A DNA stretch of 63,292 nt, filler included, from Intoshia linei (GCA_001642005.1; 5 parts of 5 records of this genome joined end to end with filler, not necessarily neighbours in it); one strand, 5' to 3'. Counted from the whole stretch's first letter, positions 36,803-52,049 are shown. Notes: a model not told the origin generated them from the letters alone. Numbers and translations are program-made.

Positions 36803-38958
36803 TCCTTTCACTGTCTGTATTCTATACTATACACAGCAATTTCACTTCACACGTATATGTATTCTATGATATATACCAGAGCTAGCCAACTACAGTCTCA
36901 TTTTATAAAATTTGCTTATTGAGGAACACGAGAAAACTCATTTTCAATTTAAACAATGCATGATATTTCAATACAAATTTGTAACAAGATCATTTTATAT
37001 TTAAGTGCATTTAATACTATGACAGTTTCATGAGAAACAAGCTCATTATTTTTAATCTCAGGCTGCTTATTGAAAATATTAATAATTCTTAAATCAACAA
37101 TGTCAATTTTATTTATTTATATTTATTTATTTTGTTAGTAAATTTTTTATATTTTTCAATTTTTAAATGGAGGTTTTTTTTTATCAAACACAATGCAAAG
37201 CATTATTGCTTAATATGTGAAAAACAATTTTCATTGAACAAATACAATGCAAAAAGGCATTTCTTAACGAAGTATAAGGATGTTGTTTCGAAAAATGAGA
37301 TATCTCAAAGAAATGCTTATAATGAAATGTCCGAGAAGTTTAATAACGCAATAAAGGAAATTCAAGGAGATAAAATAGCAATGACTTTAGTCAAGCACTG
37401 TAAGCCTTTTCAGGATTCTCTGATTATTAAGGAATGCCTAGAACATATCTCAAATCTAAAAATGCCCGAATCCACTAAAAAAATTTTATTGAAGCTGCCT
37501 CTATTTTCAATTCATTACTATAAGAATAGATAAACTGGCTGATAGTTTTGAAATTATACTAAAAAAAATGGAAAACTATACATATTTCTCAATGTTTAGA
37601 TGAAACTAATGATATTAGGGACATGGCTCAAGTTGCTGTCTTTGTATGATTAATGAAGAATTTTATGTATTTGAAGAAATGATGGAAGTAGGGAAGCCGA
37701 TAGGAGAATGAGGGGATAGTTGCATTAATTGGTACAACGAAGGCACAGAATGTATACAGTGCTGTGATTAATATATTTGAAACGTTAATGTAAATATGAT
37801 GAAATTGACAGGAATTGTTACAGACGGCGCAGCTGCAATGATTGGTCAGCACAATGGCGTCGCTACGTTATTTAAGCATTTTTTAAATTTTTTAAGAAGG
37901 CATGGGGCTAACTATCTACAATTTCAAACATTTTTAATAGTTGAATCTAATAGCGATTATAATGACCTATTATATTTTACAAATGCGAGATGACTTTCTA
38001 AAGGGCTAATGCTGAAAAGATTTTATAATCTACTGCCGGAAGTAAAATCATTTTTAGACTCAAAAAATAAACATTTTGCAGAGTTTTTAGATGCAATGTG
38101 GCTGTCTGATTTATTTTTTATGGTAGATATTACTAGTCACCTGAACACTTTAAATTTAAAACTGCAAGGAAAGAATAAAATAATTACAAATTATTATGAT
38201 ATTGTGAATGCATTCGAATGTTAACTGTTTTTGTGGATTAATAATTTTGAAAATAATATTCTTGAACATTTTCCAAATTTTAAACATCTAAAAATTAAAG
38301 TCCATGTATATCAAAATATATTCAAATTTTGAAAAACTTGAAAGAAGAATTTCATCGCATATTTTCGGATTTAAGAAGTAATAATTTTAAATTTGCTTGT
38401 CACATTTGCTTCATGTTTTATCATTATTTGGAACAACTTACCTATGTGAACATTTATTTTCGTTGTTAAAAGTTATTAAGAGTGTAAAAAGAAGTTGCAT
38501 CACTCAAAAAAATAATTCTAATTGTTTTCAACTATAATCAACGAATTATACAATTGAACAGTTACTTGATAGTTTAACATTATAAATTTGAATTCAATGT
38601 TTTATTTTTATATAAATTGTAAACTCTAACATCATTTATTAGTGTATTTCCTCAATTTAGTCTTTGTTGTACTTTAATACCTATAAAATGACATTCTATT
38701 CGTGTTAACTATCAACACGAAGTTTGCGACACTAATATATGAAAATTATATAATAAACTTTAATTGCACAAGTTTCTCATTTTTCATTTTTTCAAAATTT
38801 AACTTGGCTAGCACTGATATATACAGCATAATTTTGAAAAACTTTATTCGTTTATTTTCATACATTTTCACATAGTTAATTTAAAAAAAACATAAGTTTA
38901 AATTAAAACAAATTCCAGACGTGGTGATGCATCATAAAATATTATTACAGTGAACTGG
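36803..38958. mobile_element. piggyBac-like (TTAA) MITE inserted in Helitron
   Basis: TTAA duplicated at 36799-36802 and 38959-38962; imperfect TIR TCCTTTCACTGT / ACAGTGAACTGG. Confidence 0.7.
36877..38816 (+). mobile_element. Degenerate hAT (SPIN/GTF2IRD2-like) transposon
   Basis: TIRs CAGAGCTAGCCAA / TTGGCTAGCACTG; 8-bp TSD ATATATAC; motifs CLICEK..RHF, LDETNDI..AQ, VTDGAAAMIG, WLSDLFFMVDITSHLNTLNLKLQG, FGTTYLCE. Confidence 0.92.
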
Positions 38959-39779
38959 TTAAAGGAGTGGTTCCCAAACTCGTTTCAGGTGGAACCTTCG
39001 TATCACATTACTTTTTACTTTAAAGTGAATTATTCCATGTTAATTTTGTTTTAACAGTTGCGTAAATAATTTTAATAACATATGTTATCCCATTTTTTTA
39101 ATTTATTAGACAGAATGTGGGTATAATATTACAAATAAATTAAAAACAGTCCAATCCTAAAAATTGTCATAAATAGCATAAATTCCAGAAAAAATAAAAT
39201 TATAAAAACATATTTTGTCATTTTCAATGTGATAATATATATTCAGTACCAATTTAATAAATACTTAAAAATAGCAATTATGTATCAATAACTGGTATAC
39301 TCGACGTTTTGCGATTACACAGTTACAATTCTGCACATAATTTTTAAAATTATGACCCCTAATATTCGTTGGAATAGTTATATGTCATAGCTATTCAGAG
39401 GTTATGGTAAAATTTACTCTAATTAAAAAAATAATGTTATTTAGGAGTTACATTGTCACATGCGCTGGAAAGTGTAAATTAAAATGCTGGATACCAAAAA
39501 AGATTTCAAGTGTTTCTGTCAGTAGTATAAAATGCAAAAATAAAAAGGTAATTTAACAATTTTTAACAATTTGAGGAAAGAAGTATTTCATGATGTTGCT
39601 TTAAGGAACCTAACTCAAAAAATTCATGAGAAATGTGCATTTTGTACAGATTGTTCATTGTATAACTGCTGACATGAAAATGTTGGTGAATTGGACTATT
39701 AATTGTTGTATTCCAAGCTCATACTGAACTAAAATTCATAAAATCAATTTAATAAGGTTTTTTCCTTTTTTATTCACCA

Positions 39780-40240
39780 ATTCACTAAAACTGCTAGACA
39801 TTTATTCTTCATTGAAGTCATCAACGTTTGAATAAGATCTTGATATATATTTTGTCATTTTTTTATCATAAATTGAGTCAGTTGATCCACATTATTAAAT
39901 GCCTTTCAATTTGTATACAGACCTTGCCAAAATTCTCCATAAGTTTTCAATTGGGTTTAAATCAGGAGACTTCGATAGCCACTTCATTACATTGATATTT
40001 TCAAACCATGCTTTTACCTTACGGGAAGTGTGAATTGGAGCATTATCTTGTTGGATAATATATTCGGTATTATAATGAGAGTGACCAAATGGAAATACAG
40101 TCTCAGATAAGATAAATATATAATCTTCAGAGTTCTGATGTCCATTTAGAATGGCCAATTTTTTTTTATTTCTGAGAAAATGCTCCCAAGACCATTAAAA
40201 ATCCGCCTCCGCTTTGCTGTGTACAGTTAACTTAATTATT
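39780..40240 (-). pseudogene. Tc1/mariner DDE transposase relic
   Basis: MVLGAF..QQDNAPIHTS..WLSKSPDLNPIENLW. Confidence 0.9.
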
Positions 40241-42274
40241 TTTTTTTTGGGAAACACTGGACTACACATTTCAAATAAATAAATATTGGTGACAAAAATT
40301 TAATTAAATTTTTACGGTCGTTTTTAAGATTTTTGTTTAACCAAATTTTCAAATGGGATTTTTAATTTTTTACATGATTTACAATTACATGTCATGGCTT
40401 ATAATTTTCATTTTACAATACGAGTTTGGCATAATGCATGAACCCGTATGTAAATGAGACCAACTCTTTACCAACAATTTCGTCACGTCCTCCGTCGAAG
40501 AAGGTCTCGGTTAGAGAAATTCTGCCCTGATTAAATTAACAATTTTTCGTAACACATTTACTTCAAATTGAAGAAAATTAAAATTATAACACTTAACAAC
40601 GTTAAAACAACTAAATTAAATAATGTGAACATTTCTATTTTGTTGAAATTTTAAAAACTATTTTGACATGAGGGCGGAATAACTAAAAAAATAAATAATG
40701 TACTCATCTGTGTATTTTGTAATAGATTTTTAATTCGCGGGCCGTAGTTTGGTGGCCACTGATTTAGATAAATATAATCATCAAATTATTGTTGTGCTGC
40801 ATTGGATTTAAGATACTGTTACCATCCTAATATACATAACCTGTTATATTGATATTTTATAGTGTCAAACAATGAATATGTCTTGCCTTAAAATGGAAGG
40901 AAAATCTGGAGTTTTTCAACGAGGCTATGGAAAGGTGATGGAATTGTGCATATTTTGCGAAGATTTTAAAAGTGAATCGATTGGAATAAAAATTAATTGT
41001 AATCCTCTACTTCTATAAAATTAAAAAAACTAAATTAACTAAAATTGATAGTACGTATTTTAATTTATTTGGTGTTAAATGTAAAGCCATATCTACTTAT
41101 CTATGATGAATAAAATTTTCGGCTTAAAATTTATTCCAGATAAACTAAAAGGGATAGTACGTATTTTTCTGGCCACTGTAACTTAACCGAAATGGATTTA
41201 TATTTAATTATAATAAATATATGATAGATTTATATATTAGACAGATTTATGTTAGTTTTCTCTTTTAATTTACTCTATTTGGTATTTTGATTTTGCTTTT
41301 TTTATTTTCGATTTTTATTGAAAAATTCATTTATTTGAATGGGGCCTGAACTTACTTTCGTGCACTGTTTAACAAATAATAATATAGGGTTTTACTATCT
41401 CAATTGACTGTTATTCAGTCACTATTGACATTTGTCTAAATATTTTATTACTTATGCAATAATTATTAACACTTATTCAATCACTATTGACATAAGTCAA
41501 AATGGCAACCTCAAAAAAAATCAATCTTCACGATCAAAATCTGACATGACCCTTTTTTTAACAATCAAAACAGCCCTAGAATTTTAAAAAAATTTACAGG
41601 TGATACAGTTATATCCTGTTAACACTACTGTTTATATTTAATCATAAAGTATCATCATGCTGTAATTTAGTTTATTTAGAAAAATGTATGGAAGCATTTA
41701 ATAGAGACATGATGTCACATAATTATGGATTATTAATTGATTGTAAATTTTTAAATAATATATTTTATTAAATTGTTATAAATCGTAATATCTTTATTGT
41801 GGTACAGATTTTGCAATGCATTTGATAAGTTTTCATATATTTTAGCGAATTTACAATACATTTGATAATCTCGCAAGTCATTTTTATAAATGTACATTTT
41901 TGCATTAATTTGTGTTTAGTTATATGGAGTAAATCTAAATTAAATTGTTAATTATAATTGTCTGTCAGCATATTTATTACACTGCTCGAAAAAACTATTG
42001 AAATTTCACTAAAACCATTGTGAAATCATTGAAATTAAATATTTTAAATATATTACTTTATACTTTAAAGGGAATTATTCCATCCAAATTGTGTTTTGTT
42101 AAAATTTTAAAAACAAATGTTATCCCATTTTTTTAATTTATTAGACAGAATGTGTGTATAATATTAAAAATAAAGTAAAAACAGTCCAATCCTAAAAATT
42201 GTCATAAATAGCATAAATTCCAAAAAAATAAAATTAGTCCCAATCCTAAAAATTGTCATAAATTCCAGAAAAAA

Positions 42275-42699
42275 TCTTAACTTATATAATATGCTACGCG
42301 ATTTTTGTTTGTCTGTCTGTGTGTTCAACTTTATTTAAATAACTACGCGTCTTAGAATTTTTTAAAGACCACATTTTAATTACAGTTGTTTCCTAGACAT
42401 ATTAAGATAAATTTTAACATCCCAATTTCACATCTTATGTGTCAAAAACCCCAGTTGTCCCTCTTTTTGAAAATCAGACGAGTTGGAGAATTTAACAAAA
42501 TACATACGCTGATAAGAATTTTAAAATCATAAACATGACCATAAATTTAAATTTAAAAAAATTATATCTTTAGGGCCAAAACCACAAATTACCCTTATTT
42601 TTTTAATGATAACAGCCCTAGAATTTCACAAAATTTCCAAGTTTTACAGTTGTATCATGTTAACACACATAAAACATAACTACATAACAGTCAACCTAG
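42275..42699 (+). mobile_element. Compact complete non-autonomous Helitron (425 bp)
   Basis: A|TCTTAACTTATATAATATGCTACGCG ... TACATAACAGTCAACCTAG|T. Canonical TC/CTAG ends in an AT target, no TSD; left arm of hairpin deleted. Confidence 0.85.
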
Positions 42700-43004
42700 T
42701 ACATGTATAAGTAAGGATATATTAATTTACTCACCAAAAACTGGTTTGGCACGCCAGGTTAAAAACCAATGACTCATGTTATATTAATATATAAAAATAC
42801 TAATTAAATAGTTGCCTATTTGTTTTGGTGATATTTATATTTTATTAAGTTCAAAAAATATGTCACTGGCACAATTTTTGAATTCAATCAAAACATATCC
42901 TACTTTTCAAAATACATATATAAAATATATAATACCATAAACATTGTCCCTATATATAATTTCTAATCAATATTGAGGTGCAGGAATTGTATCGAGGTTT
43001 AAGG

Positions 43005-46000
43005 ATGACAAGGGTGAATTTAAATTATAATGAAAATATATATCGATAATATAGGTTTTACCCAGGTTATACATTGGAAATATATTTGACGCCTTCAATT
43101 ATTCAATACTTCAAGATTATGGAATAACTCATATTGTTTCAATTCATGAAAAAGCTGAACCAAGATTTCAGGTAATGTGTATTTTAATAAAGAAATTAAA
43201 AATTAATCTGGTTAATAAAAGTACAGTAAAACCTTTGAATATGAAAATTTACCTTGTATAAGTAACATTATAAGTAACAAATATTTTTTATCAATAATTA
43301 ATGGATTAAGTCGATTTAAAAACATTTTAATGTCAGTGAATTAATCATACTAATATTTATAGCGTAGACCAAATCAGTTTGGGAACGCATCTTTTGAAAC
43401 AATCAATTTCAACAGCCAAAATGACATTTTGGCTTGATTAACTAATATGTGTTAATATGTGTAAATTTCAAATATTTATTGCATTTTATTAGATAACCAC
43501 TGCAGGCCACAATTTGGCCACCTGTTATAGATGTATATTGATATATTTTATATATAACTTAATAAAGAGTAAAACCTACCTTACCCACCCGCTCTCCGTG
43601 CATTCAGTGAAACTTGTGAACCGATATAAAAATGGTCACACTATTCAACGAAAGTGAACATTTGAAAAGTGGTACATTTCAATATAATAGAAACAGTTTT
43701 TTAAACATCACTATATGTCATCTGGGTCATAAAATTGTATCTGATAGTTCAAATCAATGACAGTGGTATGGTTCTAGATCAGTGGTTCCAAACGTGGTCC
43801 ACATGAAATTCTAAATCTGATGTGAAAAACCTTTCCATCAATTCAGCTGCAAAGCTACTTTACTCATTGATATTACGACTGCACAAAATATACTTTGACC
43901 TTAAGAAAGTATAAATTCATTTTGAGAAAGTGGGTAAAGAAAATAATAAAAATATTTTAAATCGCCCTTGAATAAAATCTGATATCCACTTTTTTTAATT
44001 AAATCCAATTTTTAATTTTTTTTGACGTAAAATGGTATATTTCATTGCACAATAAAGCAACCACAAAATTTAAGTTATTTTAAAAAGATGGTCATTGTGC
44101 ATTGCACAATATGCATATATATGTGGAATGTTTATAAAATGTAAATTTTTGATTAAAATACTTTTAAACCTTTGACATATATCTTTTTTTCATATTATAA
44201 AACAACAAATGCAAAAATGACAAAAGTGAAATGTCCCTTTTTAATATGAACAATTAAAATTATATAAACACGCTAATAAATTGTATTACGTATCGCATCA
44301 TGCGGTCCGCATGCTTTTATATTAATTTTACATTATTTTCATCTCATTTTTCAACTTGAATTTACTGGAATAAATTTACAATTGCCATAATTTATACACT
44401 AAATTTTTGATCTCTGCTATAGATATCAAAAATTATGATGTCAATGAGGATGGCTGGTCTAAACAAATAATACCATTAAAATATCTCTAATTTAAGGATT
44501 TTTGTAAAATGAAATTTCTAATTCTTAAGTACTTACAAGACTTTTTCAATATCATATTATCATATCATATCAAAATCTGCCTATACAAATAAAAATATAG
44601 TGAAATATTGTATCTCTAATATCTTCTTTCCATGATATTCCAACTAGAATTGTTGCTTAAATTATAAAAATTAATAATAAGATACAACACATCAAAGAGT
44701 ATGACTAATAAAATTAAATATGGGAAGCATTGACAAAGTAGATAAAATGTTAAAAATTTGGTGTTTACAAAAATAAAAAATGGACCGTCAAATTTTTCAT
44801 TTATATTTTTAACATACTCACTTATAATGCATTTATTTTATATATAGAATTTGCTCATGATAAATTTAATATTTAGAGACAATTACAATTCCTAATTTAT
44901 GATATATAAATTAACTGGTATGAATACAAAAGATGTACAATGTACATTTGTACATGATAATTTACATAAATAATCCACTGAATTCGCTTTAAACTATAAA
45001 AAATTAAAAAAAAATGTGTACTAGACATGCTTTTATGATAACCATCAATCTATTTGGCAGTTATCCAGTAAAGAAAGTGATAACGAATAATATTGAATAT
45101 TTTAACCTGTACATTAATTACGCCATAGAAGCTACAACTTCTAAACTAATGTAAAATTGTCGATTTAAGGAGAAAACATACATACATATGTATGTATATG
45201 TATCTATGTTACCAAGCTGACTGATTACAAGATTTATTTTGTTAAAAAGTGGTCCATGGTCTGAAAAGCTTGGGAACCACTGTTCTAGGAGAATTGTAGG
45301 TAGGAAAAGCTCGGTTTAGCTTGCTTATGTAGTGTTGTTAATTTAATTGATTTAGAGTATTAATTATTACATAATAAAAGTCAAAGATAGTGATAGAGCC
45401 AATATAAAAAAGTTTATTCCAGATTGCTTACAATTCATTCATTTATGTAGACGCGGAAACTCTGCAAATACCGTATTAGTACATTGGTAAATTAACTAAT
45501 GCATACAGTGCTTTTATATTTGTTTTTGCATAAAATTCTAGGACTTTGTGTACTGCTAATTTGTGGTTTTGGATGTGAAAATATAAGATTTTTAAATTGA
45601 CATTTATCATATTGTTGATGCTTTCAAAATCTTTATAAAACTGTTTATTTTTTATAATTCTAGGACTCGTTTGAAATCTAAAAAAAAAAATAATTGGGAT
45701 GTTTGATCTTGAAGGACTTAATTTCTAAAAATAAAATTTGTGATAAAACATGATTTTCGATAAATTGAATTAGAAATATGACATTTTGAAAACTAGAATC
45801 CTATAATAGTAAAAAGTATTGTGATATGACGGTTTCACCTGAAACAAATTTGGGAACCACTCTTTTAAAGAGTTGATAATGGTTAATAGTAAATTTTTTA
45901 AGTTAGACTTTTAACGTGAATTTATTTTTTTGGTATAATAGAAGAGTGCCCTTGGCAGAGCTAGGTGCTGTTTGTACGTAGTACAAAACAGCCAAGCTTA

Positions 46001-49000
46001 GTAAAAATATATAAATAAACAGACATAGATTATTAAATTAATAAGTTAAATTAATAGTAAGTTTAATAAATTAAAAAGTAACGATGAATAATGTAAAATA
46101 AATACAAACATGAAAAATATTAGCCTAACTTATATAACTTTTTGTTTGTGTGTCTGTTAGTCTGTGGTGTTATAGTTTATTTCAATTACTAAGATTAATA
46201 AGAGAATCTTAGAATTCCATATTTATATTACCGTTATTTCTGCAGTGAAAATACATAAATTAATATTAATAGTTAGTAAAATAAATTTCAATTTCAGAAA
46301 CTTAATCAAAATCCAATAATTCTTTTTTTAAAATCAATTGAATATTAGAATTTATAAAAATTATATTTTGATATAGATTTTAAAATCATGAAACACTGTC
46401 ATAAATTTATATTTCAAAAAATTTATATCTTCATGGCCAAAACTTTAATTAGTCTTTTTTGAAAAAAAGACAACAGTCCCATAATTTTAAAAAAAATTAT
46501 CTTCATACAGTTATCTCTAAATAGTACACACAAAAAATTTCGATTTTACAAAGTGACGTCTTCACGATCAAAAAATAACTTTTATAATTATAATCAAAAT
46601 ATGTCTTACAATATTGTAGAAGTCAATACAGAATTAGATTCCAAGTTTATACTTTACTATAAACCACTACTAACTCATTACAACTAACCTACTTAATTAG
46701 CTATTACTATAAATGTATTAACAACCGCCTAAATTTATCAAATACTGACCTACTCAGTTGTGAATCACAATGAGGTATGCTTTTAGTTTTAATTTCTAAA
46801 TAATAATACAAAAATTAAAACAAACAAATTTTAAAGCGGATTTTTAGGTAATTTTTTTACTATATTTTCAAGGGAATTTTTGGAGAATTTTTTGTACCAA
46901 ATTTAAACCGCAATTTGGATGCTTGATAATGCTCAAAATTAATCATGAGATAGTTATTTTTCTTAAAAAAGACATATTCTCTGAATGACCGATTAATCAA
47001 AGGCTAAAAATGTTTGTAAAATGTGCCCCCTAATTAGGGCATAATGTACATTTAGCTCTTTGACATATAGCTATGTTTTCCTAACTTATATAATATGTTA
47101 CGCGATTTTTGTTTGTGTGTGTGTGACTTTATTGAAATAACTACCACTCTTAGAATTTTTTAAAGAACACATCCGAAAAATTTAATCCGAATAAGTGACG
47201 ACTTCACGGAAAACAAAACAAAAAATCTGAAATAAGTAACTATCCGAAACTTAAAAAAATTCATTATTCTGATAAAGCTTATTCCAGTTGATATAAATAC
47301 AAAAGTTTAACCCGAAAAATGACGCGTTCCCGATGAAAAATAATTTTTAATATATTATCAACCAATATTTTTTTAAAATGTTTCGATTAAAATCAAAAAT
47401 TGAAAATGTAAATATTGATCCTACAATTTCAAAAAAAGTGCGATTTTACGTCTACTAACCTGTCTCCTTATTCAAACTGATAAAAGTAGCCCTATGGTAA
47501 ACATTAAACTTTTTATTGCGAACAAGATGGTAAATTAAACAACATTAAGTTTATAAAAATAAATTGTGCTGACAATTAAGATGAATCATACGTTAGATTC
47601 GTCATAGGGCACTTTTACGATTAATTAAAAAATAAAAATTGATTAAGTCCATAATGAAAAAAATAAAATTATATAGTTCGCAATTATTTAACAGTGAGAA
47701 TGGTGGTGTTTTACAATTTGATGGTAAAACATATTTTAATTTATATGGTGAAAAAAGACACATTCTAGCAATTTCAATGAAAAATTGATTGAATTTGTTG
47801 AAATACCCAACAAAACGGCTTACACTATATCTGAAAAACTATTGGCACTACTACAAAATAACAATTTATCTCCAAACAATATAATTACTGACACTGAGCC
47901 TACAAATGTAGGATGTAGAAATGGTGTTGTCGTTCGATTACAACGAGTATACCCGGATTGTACCTTTTCACCTTGTAAATTACACGTCCTTGATTTAATC
48001 CTAAAACATCAATGGATACATTTATTTTTGAATGTCACAGTGGGTCCAATTTTTCTATATGAATTCGTAAAATCATTACATGACGATTGGAAAAGGTTCA
48101 TAGCAATATATAGAAATGCAGTAAATTCTATCTCACCAATCTATGATGATCTGCCAAATGACGAAAAACGGAGAAAAGATTATTTGTTATGACAATGTGT
48201 CAAAGCGGTACGTTATTTACGTTCGACAAATCAGTTTGCTAAAATTAATTTACCAAATCAGCCACCTTCGATTAGCGTAGCAAGATGGAAGTTGCAAGAT
48301 GGAATAGTCTTGCAATATATTTCCTCATATTTAAGTTATGTTTCGATCCTATAGAGAATGTAATTCGCATATATATGTTTATTATCCAGTATTGATCAAT
48401 TGAATGGTTTTGTGTTAGATCATTTATAAATTAGAACAATCTTATTAATTGACATAATATGTGATGCATCCAAAAAAGTTCTATTCAATAATAATTTGTC
48501 AGATTTTGATGTTAATCATCAAATGAAATTTAACTAATGTAATAAATATATATAAATATATTCTATATAAAATCTAATTTTTATATCAATTTATAGTATT
48601 TTCTATTGTTTTAATTCTATTGTTTAGTCCATCTTACAACTATTTCTGTCAATAGGTGGGTCATTTTTAAAATTGTATTTGATAGAGAACAATTTTGCGT
48701 CGTATCATAAATGTAAAAATAATACAAATTATATAATTTAATACCCAACATTTTTAATTTAATATCAATTTTCAAAATATTTTTATTTTTTGGTGGGACA
48801 TTTTGAGCAAAAGTGGGTGGTTTTTTTTGATTTCAAAAATTTTAAAAAGCATATTCGTAACATACACAAAATTATTCATCTTTCCCCGTGGGCTACTTTC
48901 TGTTTACTAAAAAAAAACTGTTTTTGGAGACAGGTTAACGTCTACACATTTCCAATAAAGACATATGGGTGAAAATCTATATAATTCATTCCTTCGAATT

Positions 49001-49845
49001 TTTCTTCATTGCTACGCAATTTTTAAATTTCAAATTTTCATTTTCAAACATTTTTATTAAAACATTTAAATTTAAATAAGGACTAAACAACGAAACTAAA
49101 AAATCTTTGTTAATATCATTTTTATATTATACAATTTTTTGCAATAATGGTAAAATTTGACTGAAATGTTTATAAATTGAAGATTCAGTTAATTATATTT
49201 ATATCAATTGGAATAAGCATTATCAGAATAATCTTTTTTTTTAATTTTCGGAGAGTTAATTATTTCACATTTTTTGTTTCAATAAAATATTTCGGAAAAA
49301 AAATATATAAATACTATAATACTTTTTTTACCGTGAAGGCTTAACTTATTCGTATTTAAAATTTTTTATGTTTGTTAACAGGATATAACTACCACCTGTA
49401 AATTTTTTTAAAATCTAGGGTTGTTTTCATTAAAAACAAAAAGTGTAATTTCAATTCAATATTTTAAATAAATTATTTCGTCAAAGCCTCGTCTTATTAA
49501 TTATACAGGATACACTCAGCGAACGTGAGTTTAACTTGATTAACCTTGTATCCGTCTAATTTTTTTAAAAAATTCTATAGTGTGAAGCGTCATTAGACTA
49601 ATAATTTGATTTTGGTGTTAAATAAAATGGTATTTTAATCAATATATATTTATAATTTTACTGATTTATACAATACTTTTAGTGTTGCCGGATTATCTAG
49701 ATCAACAGCAATAGTTGTTGCTTATCTTATGGTTTTATATCAATGTCCATTTAATCGATGTTTTCAATTTGTGAAATCTTGCAGACCAACTGTCAAACCG
49801 AACTCTGGATTTATTAAACAATTGAAATCACTAGATATCGCAAAG
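43005..49845 (+). CDS. Atypical dual-specificity phosphatase, DUSP22/DUSP15-like; start and last exon uncertain
   Basis: Exons 43005-43013, 43055-43171 (VLPRLYIGNIFDA..GITHIVSIH), 45356-45486 (KVKDSDRANI..FIHLCR..VLVHC), 49683-49845 (VAGLSRSTAIVVAYLM..RPTVKPNSGFIKQL). Intact HCxxGxSRS. Confidence 0.9.
43780..45282. mobile_element. Non-autonomous hAT element in DUSP intron
   Basis: TIRs CAGTGGTTCCAAAC / CTTGGGAACCACTG; near-TSD TTCTAGAT / TTCTAGGA. Confidence 0.8.
45815..46001 (+). mobile_element. Helitron 3' terminus
   Basis: GGCAGAGCTAGGTGCTGTTTGTACGTAGTACAAAACAGCCAAGCTTAG|T. Confidence 0.75.
47700..48400 (+). pseudogene. hAT-superfamily (hATm-like) transposase relic
   Basis: LQFDGK..DTEPTNVGCRNGVVVRL..CKLHVLDLILKH (CxxH)..ARWNS; stops present. 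Confidence 0.65.
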
Positions 49846-52049
49846 GTATTATGAATTCAACTATTTTTAACCAAAAGTGACCTATCTATTCAAACTATAT
49901 AACCATTTAATTGCTACGCAATTTTTTATTTACAAATACTCATTTTCAAAAAAAAATTAAAATCAATTTATACTACATTTTCGTCTAAAACTACACCTAA
50001 GTACTAAAATGTACAACTTGTTCATCTTTATTTATATAAAAATATTTGTGTGTGCCAATATTCATTATCCACCAATACTTTTCAAATTTCAATTAAAATA
50101 AAAATTGAAAATGTAAATATTGATCCTACAATTTTAAAAAATAATGTGCATTGAACGCCTACACATTTCCAATGAAAACATATGGGTGAAAATCTATAAA
50201 ATTCATTCCTTTGTAATTTTTTTCATTGCTACGCAATTTTTAAATTTCAAATTTTTATTTTCTAAACATTTTTTATAATCTTCAAATTTTAACACTTCAG
50301 TAACGAATTTATAAAATTAAATTTATATTAACTGAAACGTTATTTTTTTTATTGATAATTGTTATAAATTTAAAATAAAATGTTACATAAAATGGTTAAA
50401 ATAAAAGTAACATTCACAAGAAAAAAGGCCAAAAGTATAGACAAATTTTTAACATCCATCATTTTTATATTTCAATCCTTTGCAATAATGGTAAAAGTCG
50501 ATTAATTATTGATACACAATTGATATTTTTAAGTATTTATTAAATTGGTATTGAATATATATTATCACATTGAATATGACAAAATAGGTTTTTATAATTT
50601 CATTTTTCCTGACATTATTTCTAGATATGACATTTTTTAGTATTTGAATGTTTTTACTTTATTTTTAATATTATACAGACATTGTCTAATAAATTAAAAA
50701 ATGGGATAACAATTGTTTTTAAAATTCTTTACGCCAATGTTAACAAAACAAAATTAAGATAGAATAATTCACTTTATAGTAAAATATAATGTGATATGAC
50801 AGTTGTAAATTTCATGTATATAATTTGTTGTTTCTTAATTGTAATTTTTGTAAATTGACAGGCCCATACTGTTCCTGAATTAAAAAAAAAATTTTTCATA
50901 CTAAGTTTTTTTATCTAAAACTACACAAATTGTAAGCAGAAGTTATTGTCAGAGAGCAAATTTTTCAAAATGTGAAACACCCTAATATAATGTAATTTAA
51001 ATCTATTTTCACATTTCGAAGTTTAGAAGTTAAAAGGTATCTACAATTAAACGGTTATCGTAGTTTTATACGATAATTAATATTCCAAATTTAGCTAAAA
51101 TCAAACGTTGAATGTAATCCGGAAGAATTTCAAATATTTAATAATAAAGATTTAAAAAAATATTAAATTATTGTTTTATTAAATAACTAGCTTGTAATTT
51201 ATATACTTACGACAAACATTATCTAGATCCAACTAGAGCAAAAGTTCTTAATTATACGAAACAATTATAATTACTAATACAGTATGTAAAGAAAACAATA
51301 AATATGAATGATTAAGTGAGAAAATCACTGTTAATTTAAAAAGGGTGCATAATTATGGACCAAAAAATAAATAAGATTAAACATTAAAATAATAATATTA
51401 CAGGAAAATTTATTTTCATAACCACAATAATAATGTTTTTGAAAGTAACTAATGAATTTTGCATCAATTTAATAGTTTACTACGAATTAAAATAAAGTTA
51501 CATGAACTTAATAGTGCTTACAAAAAATAAAGTTGTATTTCAGGGAATTTTTAATCATCAGTTATTATTCACGTTGCTATTCAACCTAATTAATTAGAGT
51601 AAAATTGAATTGGATAAAAAATATTCTGTGGTGTGAACACTATAGAATATTTGTAATTTTTGTGTAAAATGGTTTGTATGTAAAAAATTAATTATTTTAG
51701 TTTTAACTTGGGTCTGTAGTCTAAATAAATAATTTCAATTAATTAATTAATTAAAAAAATAATGAATGGGTTTAAGTGATTTTGTTAAACTAAGCTTTAG
51801 TTACTAAAGTTTGTTCTATAGACAATTTGTAATAACCTTGACAAGACAGTTATGGATTAAGATTTTAATAAGATTTTGGAACGTTTTGGTTTATAATAAG
51901 AGAATAACTTCGTGATGTAACTATAGATATAAGATAAACTTGTTTAGTATCATGATACTACACCTTCCCCATAAAAAAAGTTTTCTGGGATAAAAATAAA
52001 AGAAATTAAAATAAGGAAAAAATAAATAAAGAAAAAAATTGCTTTTTTT

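Larger units (their letters stand above)
36662..39295 (-). mobile_element. Helitron 3' half interrupted by nested insertions
   Basis: 3' block at 36665-36802 resumes exactly at 38959 (..ATCCTTTAA|AGGAGTGGTTCCC..), as in the uninterrupted copy at 23295-23345. Confidence 0.8.
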
